Source of the DNA: Octopus bimaculoides
Lineage: Eukaryota
Length of the DNA stretch: 64,000 nucleotides
NCBI RefSeq assembly: GCF_001194135.2
Contig: NC_068986.1
Coordinates: forward strand, 85,138,166 to 85,202,165
Direction of reading: 5' to 3'
Shown here: one piece after another, positions 49,951 through 63,400 of the stretch
Numbering within the stretch: the first letter of the stretch is position 1
Layout of the letters: every line of letters starts with the position of its first letter
Notes under the pieces: generated by a model
The model's database searches: none
What the model saw: only the letters and a program-made list of their open reading frames with translations
Told to the model about the DNA's origin: nothing
Translations under genes and position numbers: made by a program

Positions 49951-52781
49951 ACTACAAGCACCTCAAAGAATCCTCAAACATTTAGATACATCTAACATCA
50001 ACCAACGATAAGAATCCAGTTCGGAAGTCAGGAGCTTAGGAACATATAGAGTTACGTCTTAATGAACACTACTTCCAGTTCTAATCTTACCCAGGTGACA
50101 CTACTTGTCAAGGGTCCAAGTTATGAGTGAAATATTAGAAGGTTGTTCTATAGTTAAGTCACGCAAGATACAGTGGAGGGCTGCTACCTAGGCATATGAC
50201 ACACGTCCCTACCTATTAGTGGATAGTATGTGAACCAGTTCCTTTGCCAAAGTGTTAAATTGCACAGTGCCTCAAAGTGAAGCTCTGGAGTGCAGGAAAC
50301 AAGCGAAGTCAACCGTAAATGATACAGCATAAGGCGACAAGAAGCCATTAGTGTTTGTTTCCTAAGAAATCAAGAAACTCCATACGAAGATATGCAGCTC
50401 CATGATCTCTGATATCTAAGCATAACATATGAAAAGAGAAATAGAGACACAGGGATTCCAAACCAACCTCAGTATAGTAGTGAATTGGGTTTCAGTATAT
50501 TAGATGTTGTAAAAGAAGTATTTTAATGATGGGAACAACCATGTTATGAATTACTAAGTGTAGTAAAAAAAACCGTAGAGCAGAGAACCCCATTATTTGA
50601 ATTAGTTGAACTTCATTAAATCCAGACTATAGTATGGACGTGTGTACAAAAATATACATAACATCACACTACTCTCTCAATGCTGACTCAGAGTTCATAC
50701 GGCGATAATAACTCTATCTGGAATACATGTCTCAATTCATGCATATAGAGGACCCTATGCATATTCACTTTAGTACCATCTATACCACATAGATAAACCT
50801 CTCTCAAACTACAGTCTACTACCTTAAAAAGTAGAGGGACACATTGGGAAATATAGTCCTGCATAATTCCTAACAGACGGAATATTCAAAAGCTGCAGCT
50901 TAAAAGAAAGGATTCTTACGACCGGAATACATTTATCATAGGTGTGCTCGATCCAAGTTGACTGGTGATTATACAACATCGACGACGATAACAACAACAC
51001 AATAATAACAATCCCAAAAGTATCTCTGCGTGGTCACAACCTCCAAACAGCTATATGTTGTTTTTTAATGTTATTCATTATTCATATTTAATGTTATGCA
51101 TTAGTCAAGGATTCAAAGCAGTCTTGAGCAAATGTTTCGAGAAGCAGGTTGAATGAAACATGGCTCATTATCTGGTGGGCCGCACTACTAAACAACTAAA
51201 CAATTCAGGTTAATTTTTCATTAGGCATGCCCATGATTGGTTTAAAGGGCTGTCATGAAGGAGAGAGGTGGATTAAGACCAAAGATCTGATCCAGATGGT
51301 TTTGGCAGCCGATTGGATCCCACTAAAAGCAGGCACATTCTGAATGACAGGATCAATATAGTCAGGAAAAATAGATGTAGTCTTTAAGCGAATACTGTAT
51401 ATAATACTATACATTGGGTTATTTATTCACACGCATAGCCCGCTACTTACAACATCACACTTTCACTATTATAACCGGCGCACAATATCTCACCTACTAT
51501 ATATTCACACACGCATGAAACCTACTCCATACTCTGTCACACTTTTCCTATAATAGCCTGTGCACATTATAACGCCTACATTCTATATTATACGACCTCT
51601 CATACACATACAAACATTATACCGCCTCCGTACTAATATACACGCTATCGCACACACACACACACACACATACTACAACACTTAGCATTATTATATATGC
51701 TAATACACCTATACACACACGTACTATGACACCTACGCATTATTATGCATGCTATTACACACATACACACATTAGAATGCCTCCATATTAATCACATGCT
51801 ATCACACATGCACGCATAGGTTAAAAAATCTCTGTTGCATTGCACACACTATCACACAGGCACACTCACATGCACACACATTAACACCTACGTAGTAATA
51901 CACGCGCTTTTACACACATATATACACACACTACAACACTTCCGTAACTATGAACACACTCACTATCACATTTGCGCAATATCACACATTTAATTTTACT
52001 CACACACTATAATACCTCCATATTATTACATAAACTAATACACACAGATACATACACACACAACATGCAACAAGACAACAAACCATCGAAAACAAACACA
52101 CGTACTCAGATACAACCATAGCTAAACAACAACGGCATATACTAAACAAAACGTTAAAATACATCCACAAACAGACCCAAAGTAATATAGTTGTATATGT
52201 ATATTGAAAAACAAAAGAATGTTGGTGACTTCAGAGTTTACACTGAATCTAGATTCTCAGACTGTTTCAGGTACTTACTTCTGACGAAACCTCGAAATAA
52301 TAGTTATCTTAATCTAAGATATAATATTATATTTAACGCTACTAGTGGTATTGTGCTCTTTCCCTGTTAATGTCTTCACGGGGTTTATATATTTGTATAT
52401 ATGTTCGAGTTTTTTTACATTGGTATTATTAAAACCCTATAGTAACATATAAGCTATGATATTATTGACACAATACGATAAAATACACGTTTTTTTTTAC
52501 CCACAATTTACACGGTATTATTTATAGCCTTATCTCCTTCGAGATCTACGATTAAAGTGAAAAGTGAGAATTATTTAACTTTGTCTCAAAGTATATAGAT
52601 TCTAATGATGTCAATAACATACAATTTTCGCTGGAAAGGGTAAGTTTTCTAAAATTGGTTTGGTCCAATGGTTTAACATTTGTCATATTTACAGGTGATA
52701 TGGGCTCAAATTCCACATGATATGCACACACACATATATATACATGCATACATACATACATGCATACATACATACATGCAT

Positions 52782-52813
<32 letters not shown>

Positions 52814-53039
52814 CATATAAAAATACATGATAGCTGTATAATAATATATCATAATAATATTCATTCTCCAATTTGAAAGGACAATTTTTAAATACAAACA
52901 AGTGACCGAAAATTGATGAACTAATCTCTGGCAGAATCTTCTATAGTAGCTTTCTCTCGGTAACTTAAAAAGTTTTTCAGGTTTGTTTATAAATATGTGC
53001 GCGTGTGTGTGGGTGTGTGGGTATGTATCTATATATGCC

Positions 53040-53200
53040 AAGGCATGGCTGTATGGTTAGGAATTTTCTTCCCAGCCCCACTTTTTTCTGTTACAGTCCC
53101 ACACCGTGCTACCTTGGATAAGTGCCTTCTACTAGAACCTTGGACTAACCAGAGACTTGCAAGTAGATTCGGTGGGAAGAAAACCGAATGAAGCTTGTCG
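53040..53200 (+). mobile_element. SINE family B head, degenerate
   Basis: GGCATGGCTGTATGGTTAG..CCTTGGATAAGTGCCTTCTACTA..GAAAACCGAATGAAG. Confidence 0.6.
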
Positions 53201-54123
53201 TATACCGGCCATGACGAAGGGAAATAGCCCTGAAACTCGAGTCGCCTTTATATATCTATATTTATATTTATATATTTGATCCTTTATATTGAACACTCAA
53301 TATTTCATCTACATTCAATACTTTATTTCATGGTGCCATCCATTTTTATTTTATTTTATTTTATATTATATATTGTATATTATATTATATATTGTATATT
53401 CCATATTCTATACCCCACATTGGNNNNNNNNNNNNNNNNNNNNNNNNNNNNNNNNNNNNNNNNNNNNNNNNNNNNNATATATATATATATATATATACAT
53501 ATATGTATGTGTGTTTGTGCGCGTGTGTGTGTGTGCGTACACACAGGTAGGTAGAAATAGAAAACTGTGTAGGCTGGAAACCTCATGACTTCAATAGACA
53601 GTCAGATATCTGAAGCATTGTTATGTAATTAGGCTTGATGTTATAAAACATGGCAACAACATGCAAGCTGGTCTTTAAAGAGTCGAACAGCTAAATTTAT
53701 TCGCAAAAACAAAACAGTGAAGAAAAGCAAAAATCAAAATCAAACACACACGCACAGAGAATGCGACTGGCATCTTCTTGGCATTATATCAAATGTAAAT
53801 CTACTTCCACTCCCTTAATATAAATCTCGTTTTGCTTCGAGACGTAAGAGTGTGTTAAAGATACGCCAACACAACTTTCTGATGTATCACTCTTGTCATC
53901 AGTGAAGTGTTGATGGCAATCTTTGTATTTTCACTGAGAAGATAACGTATTCCAATGATTCCTATTATTCTATGTAGGCAGAACAAATCCATTTACCCAC
54001 TGATTACCTATTGGAATTCGTGCTTTCAATTATTGGAGGCGTTGGAATACAATTACACTTGTATTTTGTCAAAGACTATAATTTAAAATATGCACACAGT
54101 CATACATATATACATAGTGACAC

Positions 54124-54154
<31 letters not shown>

Positions 54155-54491
54155 TGTATGTATGTATCTATCTATCTATCTATCTATCTATGTCTGCATA
54201 TGCACACTCACTCATGTAACTTCATACATACATCAAATATCATGTAAAAAAGAATGATTTCATTAAATGTATACTAACATATTTTCTCAATGCTTTAATT
54301 TCCCAATTGTATCCATCATTTATTATCTCTTTAACTGTCAGTTACCATTATCAACACCTCTATCAGTCTTCGTATCGTTCCGATCTTCTGTCTTTCTGAA
54401 AACACTCACACACATTCATATGTTACTGCACGTACATATACATGTACCGTACACATAACTTAGCTGCACTTACATACACAGACATGATTAG

Positions 54492-54585
<94 letters not shown>

Positions 54586-56423
54586 TCTGCCTGTCTGTCT
54601 GTCTATCTACAGACTAAATATCCATCTCTTTACCTCTCTATCTACCTATCTGTCTATATTGTTTTACTTGAGTGCCACGGCCATGCTGGAACACATGATA
54701 ATGTCACGATTTCTACAGTTCTTTGTAGTTAGTAAATGTTAGAATTTGAGATATTGTGGTGTTTTTTTCTTCCGGTGTCACTGATAGCAAAAATCCATGC
54801 ATTTATTCAACACATTTCCAACCAGTTCATGCAGATTTCTCAATTTCTTTGACAAGATATAGCAGAGCTGTGGGTCTTTGAACCATCACTGTTGCAGCAT
54901 GATTTTGATGGGGTGACTGCCACCTTGCAGACTATCCAATGAGGATATTTCACTTTTGACAGCAGAAATCTTTGAAGAGATCCTGCACAACCACATTTCA
55001 CCTAATATATTATTGTCTGTACCGTTATAAACAAACTTAACGATGTTTCACCGGTTCAACTAGACAAGCGTCTATGTTTATGGACTAAGTAATGAATGGA
55101 ACTTGTGAAATGATGTTGTCAAGCAGTACAATTAAAATGTCATTCTGCTTCTTCTTCGTTGGCACGTGTAATGAAAAATTCCTTGTTTCCAAATTTAAAA
55201 ACACCTCCCACTACATCATCCTTTATAAGTCAACTCGTTTATTTTGAACCCGTATTTATTTGTCCACAAGGGTTATGGCTACGTGAATATGCGTCTACCA
55301 TTGTAAAATATTAAATAATCAATACCACAGTTTCATCGCTTTCTGCCATGTCTTCATTCGTATTCTATGATTTGTCACCCACACGCTATTGAAACAACTG
55401 TAAATAGTTGACTAAATGTAATTCCAACAATATCATTCATCTGTATATATGTTTGTGAGGAGTGTATTATGTGATTATTCAGTTTTATTTCAAGATTTCT
55501 TGTCAACAGAGAAAGAGCCGGTTTCTAACCTAGATCAAAGGCTCCTTTATCGGAATTTCAACGTCAACAACAGGATCATTATGTATGTGTATGTATGTAT
55601 GTATGTATGTTTGTATGTATGTATGTGTGTGTGTATGTATGTATTCGTGTATATTTGTATATTTTGGTTTATATATGTCTTATGCATATACTTGCATATC
55701 TAGAAATGCTTAAATCTAGATATACTTAAATGATAAACTTCTGGAAGCTTTCACAGATTGTTACACTTCCAGTGAAGGCTTGGATTTGTAGTCTTCGAAT
55801 TAGCTTTCTCCTTTCTGGTTTTGAGAAGCCTAATTTCTCAAGATTGGTATTTAGTATGTATGTGTGCATCTATATATGTATTATTTAAAACAGTTTGATT
55901 CGGCTCATGTGACTTAAACCACTTGTCAGTTTATAGAATATACCATAGAAATCAATAACCGATTCAGTAAAATGGTGAAGAGTAAATTACAAAATTATGA
56001 AATTGGATAGATGCAATTTAAAACTAAAAGGTACAAATTCAATTGTCAGTAGTGGCGATTGTATATATNNNNNNNNNNNNNNNNNNNNNNNNNNNNNNNN
56101 NNNNNNNNNNNNNNNNNNNNNNNNNNNNNNNNNNNNNNNNNNNNNNNNNNNNNNNNNNNNNNNNNNNNNNNNNNNNNNNNNNNNNNNNNNNNNNNNNNNN
56201 NNNNNNNNNNNNNNNNNNNNNNNNNNNNNNNNNNNNNNNNNNNNNNNNNNNNNNNNNNNNNNNNNNNNNNNNNNNNNNNNNNNNNNNNNNNNNNNNNNNN
56301 NNNNNNNNNNNNNNNNNNNNNNNNNNNNNNNNNNNNNNNNNNNNNNNNNNNNNNNNNNNNNNNNNNNNNNNNNNNNNNNNNNNNNNNNNNNNACACACAC
56401 ACACACACACATACACAAAGATG

Positions 56424-56459
<36 letters not shown>

Positions 56460-56487
56460 AAAGTTAGGGTTACGGCACGAGTGCATA

Positions 56488-58119
56488 TATAAGGAAAAGA
56501 ATCTGAAAATGCAGGAGTCTTTTAAAAGTATTTATTAACTTAACCGGTTTCACTTATTTCAAAAGATTTTCAAAAGTAAAGTATGAGGTTTTGTGTATTC
56601 TCTGTTATGTTATCTTGTATATTAACAAGGAAAAGTTTGAGGCTTTGTGTATCGTCTGTGATGAGTCAAAGAATAGTTTACATAGAAACATTCAGATCAG
56701 GTATAACAGTTTTTACTATGATAAGAAGATAAAAATTACTTTACATAAATATATCCAGATCAAGTAATAGAATATTTGACAAGAAGATAAAACGTGTCTG
56801 GTTTGTCAGTTAGTGGGGGCTAAAGTTGGTGATCAGAAACCATAATTGTTTGCAGCATCTTAAACTGAAAAAATTCCAGATGCGATGAGAAATAACAAAC
56901 CATTTATAGTTCTCGGATATAGCTGTTGGGTCTCGTATGTGGATGGAATTTGATAGTTACTACTATTTTATACAGAAACGGTGGTCCAAAATTGCCTTCA
57001 TTTTAGCAAACAGTGTGGTTGCTTGATGGCAGTCACATAATCAAAAGATGGTTCTGTTTTTTTAAAAAAGGTGGCTAAGAATTTCTTTCACTTTAAAGAC
57101 AGTGTAGGAGGTTGATGGCAGTCACTTGATAAAAAGATAGTTCGCGATTGTTCTAATTTCGAAGAAGTTGTTGTGGGGCCGCGAAGGACTTGTTTGGCGA
57201 AAGGCTGATTCTGTAATGGTTCAGTAGTTTTGGTTGGGGTCTTGGGGTTTATATGTATGACTCATAAGTAAAGGATGGTGTGTATTTGTGTATAAGTGTA
57301 TGTGTGTGTGTGTTTTTCTGGGAAAAGCGAATAGTGGGTTTATATGTGTGCGCACGCGCACGCGCGCGTGTGTGCGCCTGTGTGTGCATTCGTGTGCATA
57401 CATGTGCCTGTATATCTGGGTGTCTATTTGCGTGTAATTTAATGTGTGCATGTATATGTGTGTGTTTTTTTTTCTGGGAAATGCGAATATCGGGTTTATG
57501 TATATGTGCGTGTGCATGCGTGCGCGTACATGTGTGCGTATATGTGGGTGTTCTATTTGTGTTTTTGTAAGTATGTTTACGTATGTGCACGTGTGTGTGC
57601 ACGCGTGTGTGTGCACGTGTATGTTAGTGTGTATTGTGGTTGTCCGTGTGGTTGTGTGTGTACGTGTGTATGCGTGTATATGTGTGTTATTGTCACACAC
57701 AATATAACACACACATATACACGCATACACACGTACACGCATACTCCGCTCTGATAAATATCACGCACGCACAATGCGCACACACGTACACACACGACAC
57801 TTTGACAAATATAAAACAAACATACACACGCATACACACGTACACACATACACACACCGGCCTGATAAATATAACACACAATACATAAGCATACATACAC
57901 ACCACCCTGACAACCACAACACACATATACACACGCACTCACACGTATGCAGAAAACACACGTACGCAGGCACACGTACGCAGACACACACGTACGCAGA
58001 CACACGTACGCAGACACACACGTACGCAGATACACGTACACAGACACACACGTACACACACAAATAGAACACCCTCATACACGCACAAGCACGTACAGAC
58101 ACGCATGCACACACACACA

Positions 58120-58158
<39 letters not shown>

Positions 58159-58632
58159 CCGCTATGCACATTTCCCAGAAAAAAACACATACATACATAC
58201 ATATAAAGTAGTAGTCAGTATCAAATTCCATCCACAAGCGAGACCGAACAGCCAAATCCGACATCTCATCTAAGGTTTTTTTTTTCTTTTTTGCAGTTTA
58301 AGATGATGTTGCAATCAATTATGATTTCTGATCACAGTGAGACTAAAGCTTTAGCACCCACTGATTGACAAACCAGACACGTTTTATCTTCTTGTCAAAT
58401 ACTCTATTACTTGATCTGGATATATTTATGTAAACTAATTTTTATCTTCTTATCATAGTAAAAACTGTTATACCTGATCTGAATGTTTTTATGTAAACTA
58501 TTTTTTGACTCATCACAGATGATACACAAAGCCTAGTACCTTACTTATGAAAATCTTTTGAAATAAGGGAAACCGGTTAAGTTAATAAATACTTTTAAAA
58601 GACTCCTGCATTTTTATATTCTTTTCCTGATA
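56488..58632. mobile_element. ~2.1-kb foldback element with ~450-bp diverged inverted arms and a palindromic TG/CA core
   Basis: Left arm 56488-~56970 is the reverse complement of right arm ~58203-58632 (for example AAAATGCAGGAGTCTTTTAAAAGTATTTATTAACTTAACCGGTTTC and TTCAGATCAGGTATAACAGTTTTTACTATGATAAGAAGATAAAAATTA). No coding capacity. Confidence 0.9.
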
Positions 58633-59269
58633 NNNNNNNNNNNNNNNNNNNNNNNNNNNNNNNNNNNNNNNNNNNNNNNNNNNNNNNNNNNNNNNNNNNN
58701 NNNNNNNNNNNNNNNNNNNNNNNNNNNNNNNNNNNNNNNNNNNNNNNNNNNNNNNNNNNNNNNNNNNNNNNNNNNNNNNNNNNNNNNNNNNNNNNNNNNN
58801 NNNNNNNNNNNNNNNNNNNNNNNNNNNNNNNNNNNNNNNNNNNNNNNNNNNNNNNNNNNNNNNNNNNNNNNNNNNNNNNNNNNNNNNNNNNNNNNNNNNN
58901 NNNNNNNNNNNNNNNNNNNNNNNNNNNNNNNNNNNNNNNNNNNNNNNNNNNNNNNNNNNNNNNNNNNNNNNNNNNNNNNNNNNNNNNNNNNNNNNNNNNN
59001 NNNNATATATATATATATATATATATAGATATAGATAGATAGATAGATAGATAACTTTCTTTTATTAGCCACACAGGGCTGCACACAGAGGGGACAGATA
59101 GTTAGACATACATACACATATGCACGTACCCACATACACAGAAATACATATATTTTGCGTGAAGGTTTTTTTTAATGTTTGTGTGTATGAATTGTGTACT
59201 TATAGCTTGAGATGGCAATATATATCATATTGTAATATTTGGCTATAAAACCAGAATATTTAACTTACA

Positions 59270-59380
59270 TTTAGGATAGGATACTTAGAAGGGTTCTTGG
59301 CATCTAAGGCGACATTTTTGTAACCTGATGTTAAGATTCTTTTTTTTGTTTCCCAACAGTGTAATCTGTTGAATGTATAA
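59270..59380 (+). mobile_element. 3' terminus of an R4/Dong-like LINE
   Basis: RILRRVLGI* matches the end of the long element (ARIIRRVLG at 63970-64000). Followed by (TAA)n. Confidence 0.7.
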
Positions 59381-59385
59381 TAATG

Positions 59386-59453
<68 letters not shown>

Positions 59454-59454
<1 letters not shown>

Positions 59455-60260
59455 CAAGGACAAAAGCACATGAAAAATTAGCTAGCAGATGGGAACAGAA
59501 ACCTCTGCATGGCAAGTATGTGGCTCGTAGCAAATAAGCTGATGTCGACCAGAAACGCACGCATCAATGGTTACGAAGCTCAGGGCTAAAAGCAGAGAGT
59601 GGAGGTTTCATATCGGCTGCTCAAGACCAAAGCTTATTAACCCGGAACTACCAAGCCAACGTGATAAAAAAATGGAGCTGACTCAAATGCCGATTCTGTA
59701 ACGATGCGATTGAAACTATAGACCACCTAATCTCAGGGTGTAGAGTTTTAGCATCTGTAGAATATAAAGCAAGACATGACAGAGTTGGCCAGTATTTACA
59801 CTGGACAATATGTCAGCATTATAAAATCAAAACCGCTGACAAATGGTATAAACACCATCCTGAAGCTGTGACTGAGGAAGAAAATGTATCGATTCTCTGG
59901 GACTTCTCCGTACATACCGACAAGGCTATAAAAGCTAATAAACCGGATATTATTATAAAAGATCAGACAAAGAAGACATATTTGTTAATTGACATGAGTA
60001 TTCCCTGTGATCATAGTATAGCGGCGAAAGAATTTGACAAGATCAGTAAATATAAAGACTTGCTAATAGAAACTGAAAAACTGTGGCACCTCAAGGCGAC
60101 TACCATACCAGTGATTGTAGGATCTCTAGGAATGATAAAAAAAGGTACTGAAACCTATTTGAAATGATACCAGGCCTAACATCCCTACAGGAAGTGCAAA
60201 AAATCGTGTTAACTGGAACGACTCATGTACTGAGAAGAGCATTATCGCTGTGAAAACAAC
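59454..60260 (+). mobile_element. R4/Dong-like RLE LINE, 3' portion
   Basis: CCHC knuckle CRFCNDAIETIDHLISGC (about 59688-59741) and restriction-like endonuclease ILWDF..ANKPDIII..LLIDMSIP..KISKYKDL..IPVIVGSLG. Starts directly in (TAA)n. Confidence 0.92.
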
Positions 60261-60412
60261 ATCCATTCATGAATTTTTTTTTTTATACATATTTTACCTG
60301 TGAATTTGCGTGTGTAAACTGGGAATGCATACAATGAGTTTCTCTGCCCTAAGTGTACGGAAATCACTCGGCGAGAAATGGAAGAAAATTTGAAGAAAGA
60401 AGAAAAAAAAAC

Positions 60413-60463
<51 letters not shown>

Positions 60464-60489
60464 GTAATAATAATAATAATAACAACAAT

Positions 60490-63400
60490 AATGATGATAT
60501 GAATGGTGCAGCAGATGATGCAATAGAAAGCTGCTTGAATCTATCAGATATCGAAAATAATAGTGGTGATGACGTTGGTGACGAACATTTCCTTACCTCA
60601 GTTTATGAGACAGGAGTTTCTGAAGGAACTCTGGTTGTAACAGCGAAAATCAAGGTGGACATTTAAGGGAAGAGCTCTTGCTCGGCAGTGGTTCGGTAAA
60701 GGTGCAGACTGATCACAGCTGTTATCCTAATACTGCACCAGCAGATAATAGAGCAAGGAGAAAGAAGTGGACCAGCGAAGAAAACAGGTTATTGATACAG
60801 TGCTACTCAGAAAGTGAACCTAAAAAAAGGGGGCTATAGAAAACGGATGTTAACACTTTGGGTAGAGAAGGGTATGTTTAAAGTGACTGAGTAGAGATTA
60901 GTTGATCAAACTAATGCTATTAAGAGAAGAAAGTGGATGACAGAATTGGAGGTAGAAGAAATCACAAGAAAACTGGAAAAGAAAGACCAGGCAGTGGGAA
61001 AGACAAACAGCAGCATAAGAGATACAGCTCGAACCAAAGAAGAACCTGAAGGAAAACATAATAATAGCGCTACCAATAAGGAAGCGACAACTGGCACCAA
61101 CGACTTAAGTGATTTAAGCGAGGAAGATCAGAAGATTTAAATGAATTGCAGGAAGTAATGAGTAAAGAAGTAAGAAAGAGATTGCCAGCATTAAAAGGTA
61201 CCAACAGAAAGAAGCTACAAGAAGTGACTAGGAAAGTAGATTCTGTTATCAGTAGGATAGATACTAAAGATATAGGAGACACTAACTTATTGATCTATGC
61301 AAGAGGGGCAGAAGTCATTAGAAGATTAGATATCTCACTGGGAAGGACTAAAAAAGAGCAAATGTGGAAAAGGAGACTACAAAATAAAGTGAAGACTTTA
61401 AGACAAGATCTGAGTAGAATAGAAACCTGGAAATTGAACAAGTTAGGGAAAACAAGATGCAAATCTTCCCTAGAGATGAGATATTTTGTCCAAGAGAAAG
61501 GATTTGCCACAGTAGTAGAAGAGTTGAAACAACGTATCATAGCAGTAGCAGGCAAGCTCTCCAAATATCAGAAAAGGATTCATCAGTATCAAGATTAGAT
61601 TATTTGAGACAGACCAGAGATTTTATAACAAAAAAAGAAAAGTGGAGATAGAAGTACCTAAGATGAGAAACCTAATGTAACAGAAGCTAGAAATTTCTGG
61701 ATTAATTTTTGGGATAAGCCAGACAATCAAATGGAGATGCAGTATGGTTAAAGAAATTGAGGGCAGTAGTAGTGAGTGAGAAGCAGCCAGATCTAAGGCT
61801 AACTAGTGCATTAATGAGTTAAATTTTAGGAAAAAAGTTGAATTGGAAGAGCCCTGGCCCTGATTTAGTTCAAGGGTACTGGCTAAAAAATTCAATAGTT
61901 TACATGGGAGGCTGAGGGAACAACTTCAGGATTACCTTAATGGAGGAATAATACAAACTTGGATGATAAGAAGTAGGACAATACTTATGAAAGAGCAAAG
62001 GTAATACAGCTAGCAACTACAGGCCAATCACTTGCTTACCATTAGTGTGAAAGCTGTTAAGAATGTTTTCAGAAAGCACATTGAAAACCAGAATTTACTG
62101 CCAGAAGAAATAAAAGGTTGCAGGAAGAAGGCTAGAGGAACACATAATCTATTATACGTAGGCAAAGCAGTTCTAAATGAAGTAAAATCTAGACAGAAAA
62201 ATCTAACTATAGTATGGATAGATTAGAGGAAAGGCAATGATATAGTCCCACACTCGTGGATAAGTAAATGTTTGAATATATTCAGTATAGCAGACAACAT
62301 AAGAGAATTAATTAGCTGTAACATGAAGAAATGGAAAGTAGGTCTCTACTCAGCTGACACACTTATAGGAAAAGTTATTGTCAAAAGAGGAATTTTCCAG
62401 TAGGGCTCGTTCTCCTTTTTAATATTTATCTTATGTTTGATCACCTTCAGTTTAGTATTATGGAAGGAAAAGGCAGGGTATCAGTTCAGAAATAGTAACG
62501 GAAAAATTAACCATTTCCTCTACATGGATGATCTGAAGCTTTTTAGTAATAAGAAGTAAAAAGAGATAGATTCCTTAATACAGACTATAAAACTCCTTAG
62601 CAAAGACATAGGCATGGAATTTGGCATAAATAAATGTGCAAAATTAGTCATGAGAAGGGGACAGGTAGTCAACAGCGAAGGCATCCAATTACCAGATGGC
62701 CAGGCATTAAAATCATAGAGAGGAAGAGAAAGTTATAAGTATCTAGGAGTATTAAAATTTGACAGAGCACTAACTACAGAAATAGAAACGAAAATTGAGG
62801 AGTACATCAGAAGGGTGAGGAAGCTAATGAAATCAAAGCTAAATGGTCCGAATCTAGTGAAAACTGTAAATAATTGGGCAGTATCACTACTTAGATACTC
62901 AGCAGCTTTGGTTCATTGGACAAAAACTGAATTAGCAAAGCTAGACAGAAGAACTAGGAAGGAATTCGATATGAATGGACGACTTCATCCAAGGGCAGGA
63001 ATAGCAAGATTATACTTACTTAGAAAGGAAGGGGGAAGAGGGCTATTATCAGTAGAAGACTGTGTGGAGTTAGCTAGCGTAGATATAGACCCCTATGTAG
63101 GTAATACTGAAGAAAGTTTATTAATAGCTGCTCGAATCACAAAAAGACATGGGTAAACCAAAAACCCAAACGAACTTAAAAACCAGAAAAAGAACAAAAA
63201 TTATCTGATTGTCAGGAGAAGGCGTTGCATTGTAGATTCCCAAAGATAGTCGCTGCAAATGGTAGTAGTGAGACATGGCTATGTTTGCCGAAGGGAAAGC
63301 TGAAGAGGGAGACAGAAAGTTTGTTAGTAACTGCATAAGATCAAACATTAAGGATTAATTGGATAAAAGGCAACATAAGCAAAAGCCAAGTAGATTCCCA

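Noticed and set aside
54760-55400. Possible Tc1-like transposase relic
   Set aside because: Only faint QxDGxTA-like similarity, with no TIRs or continuous frame.
55745-55960. Additional stem-loop or hammerhead-like fragments (AAGGCT/AGTCTT; minus-strand CTGACAA..GAATC)
   Set aside because: The core nucleotides deviate at several positions, so they cannot be distinguished from chance in AT-rich repeat sequence.
57690-58060. Regularly spaced motifs (TGATAAATAT.. and ACACGTACGCAG units) resembling a CRISPR-like repeat-spacer array
   Set aside because: The units are degenerate, the spacers are low-complexity CA sequence, the context is eukaryotic, and no cas genes are present. It is a minisatellite within the foldback.
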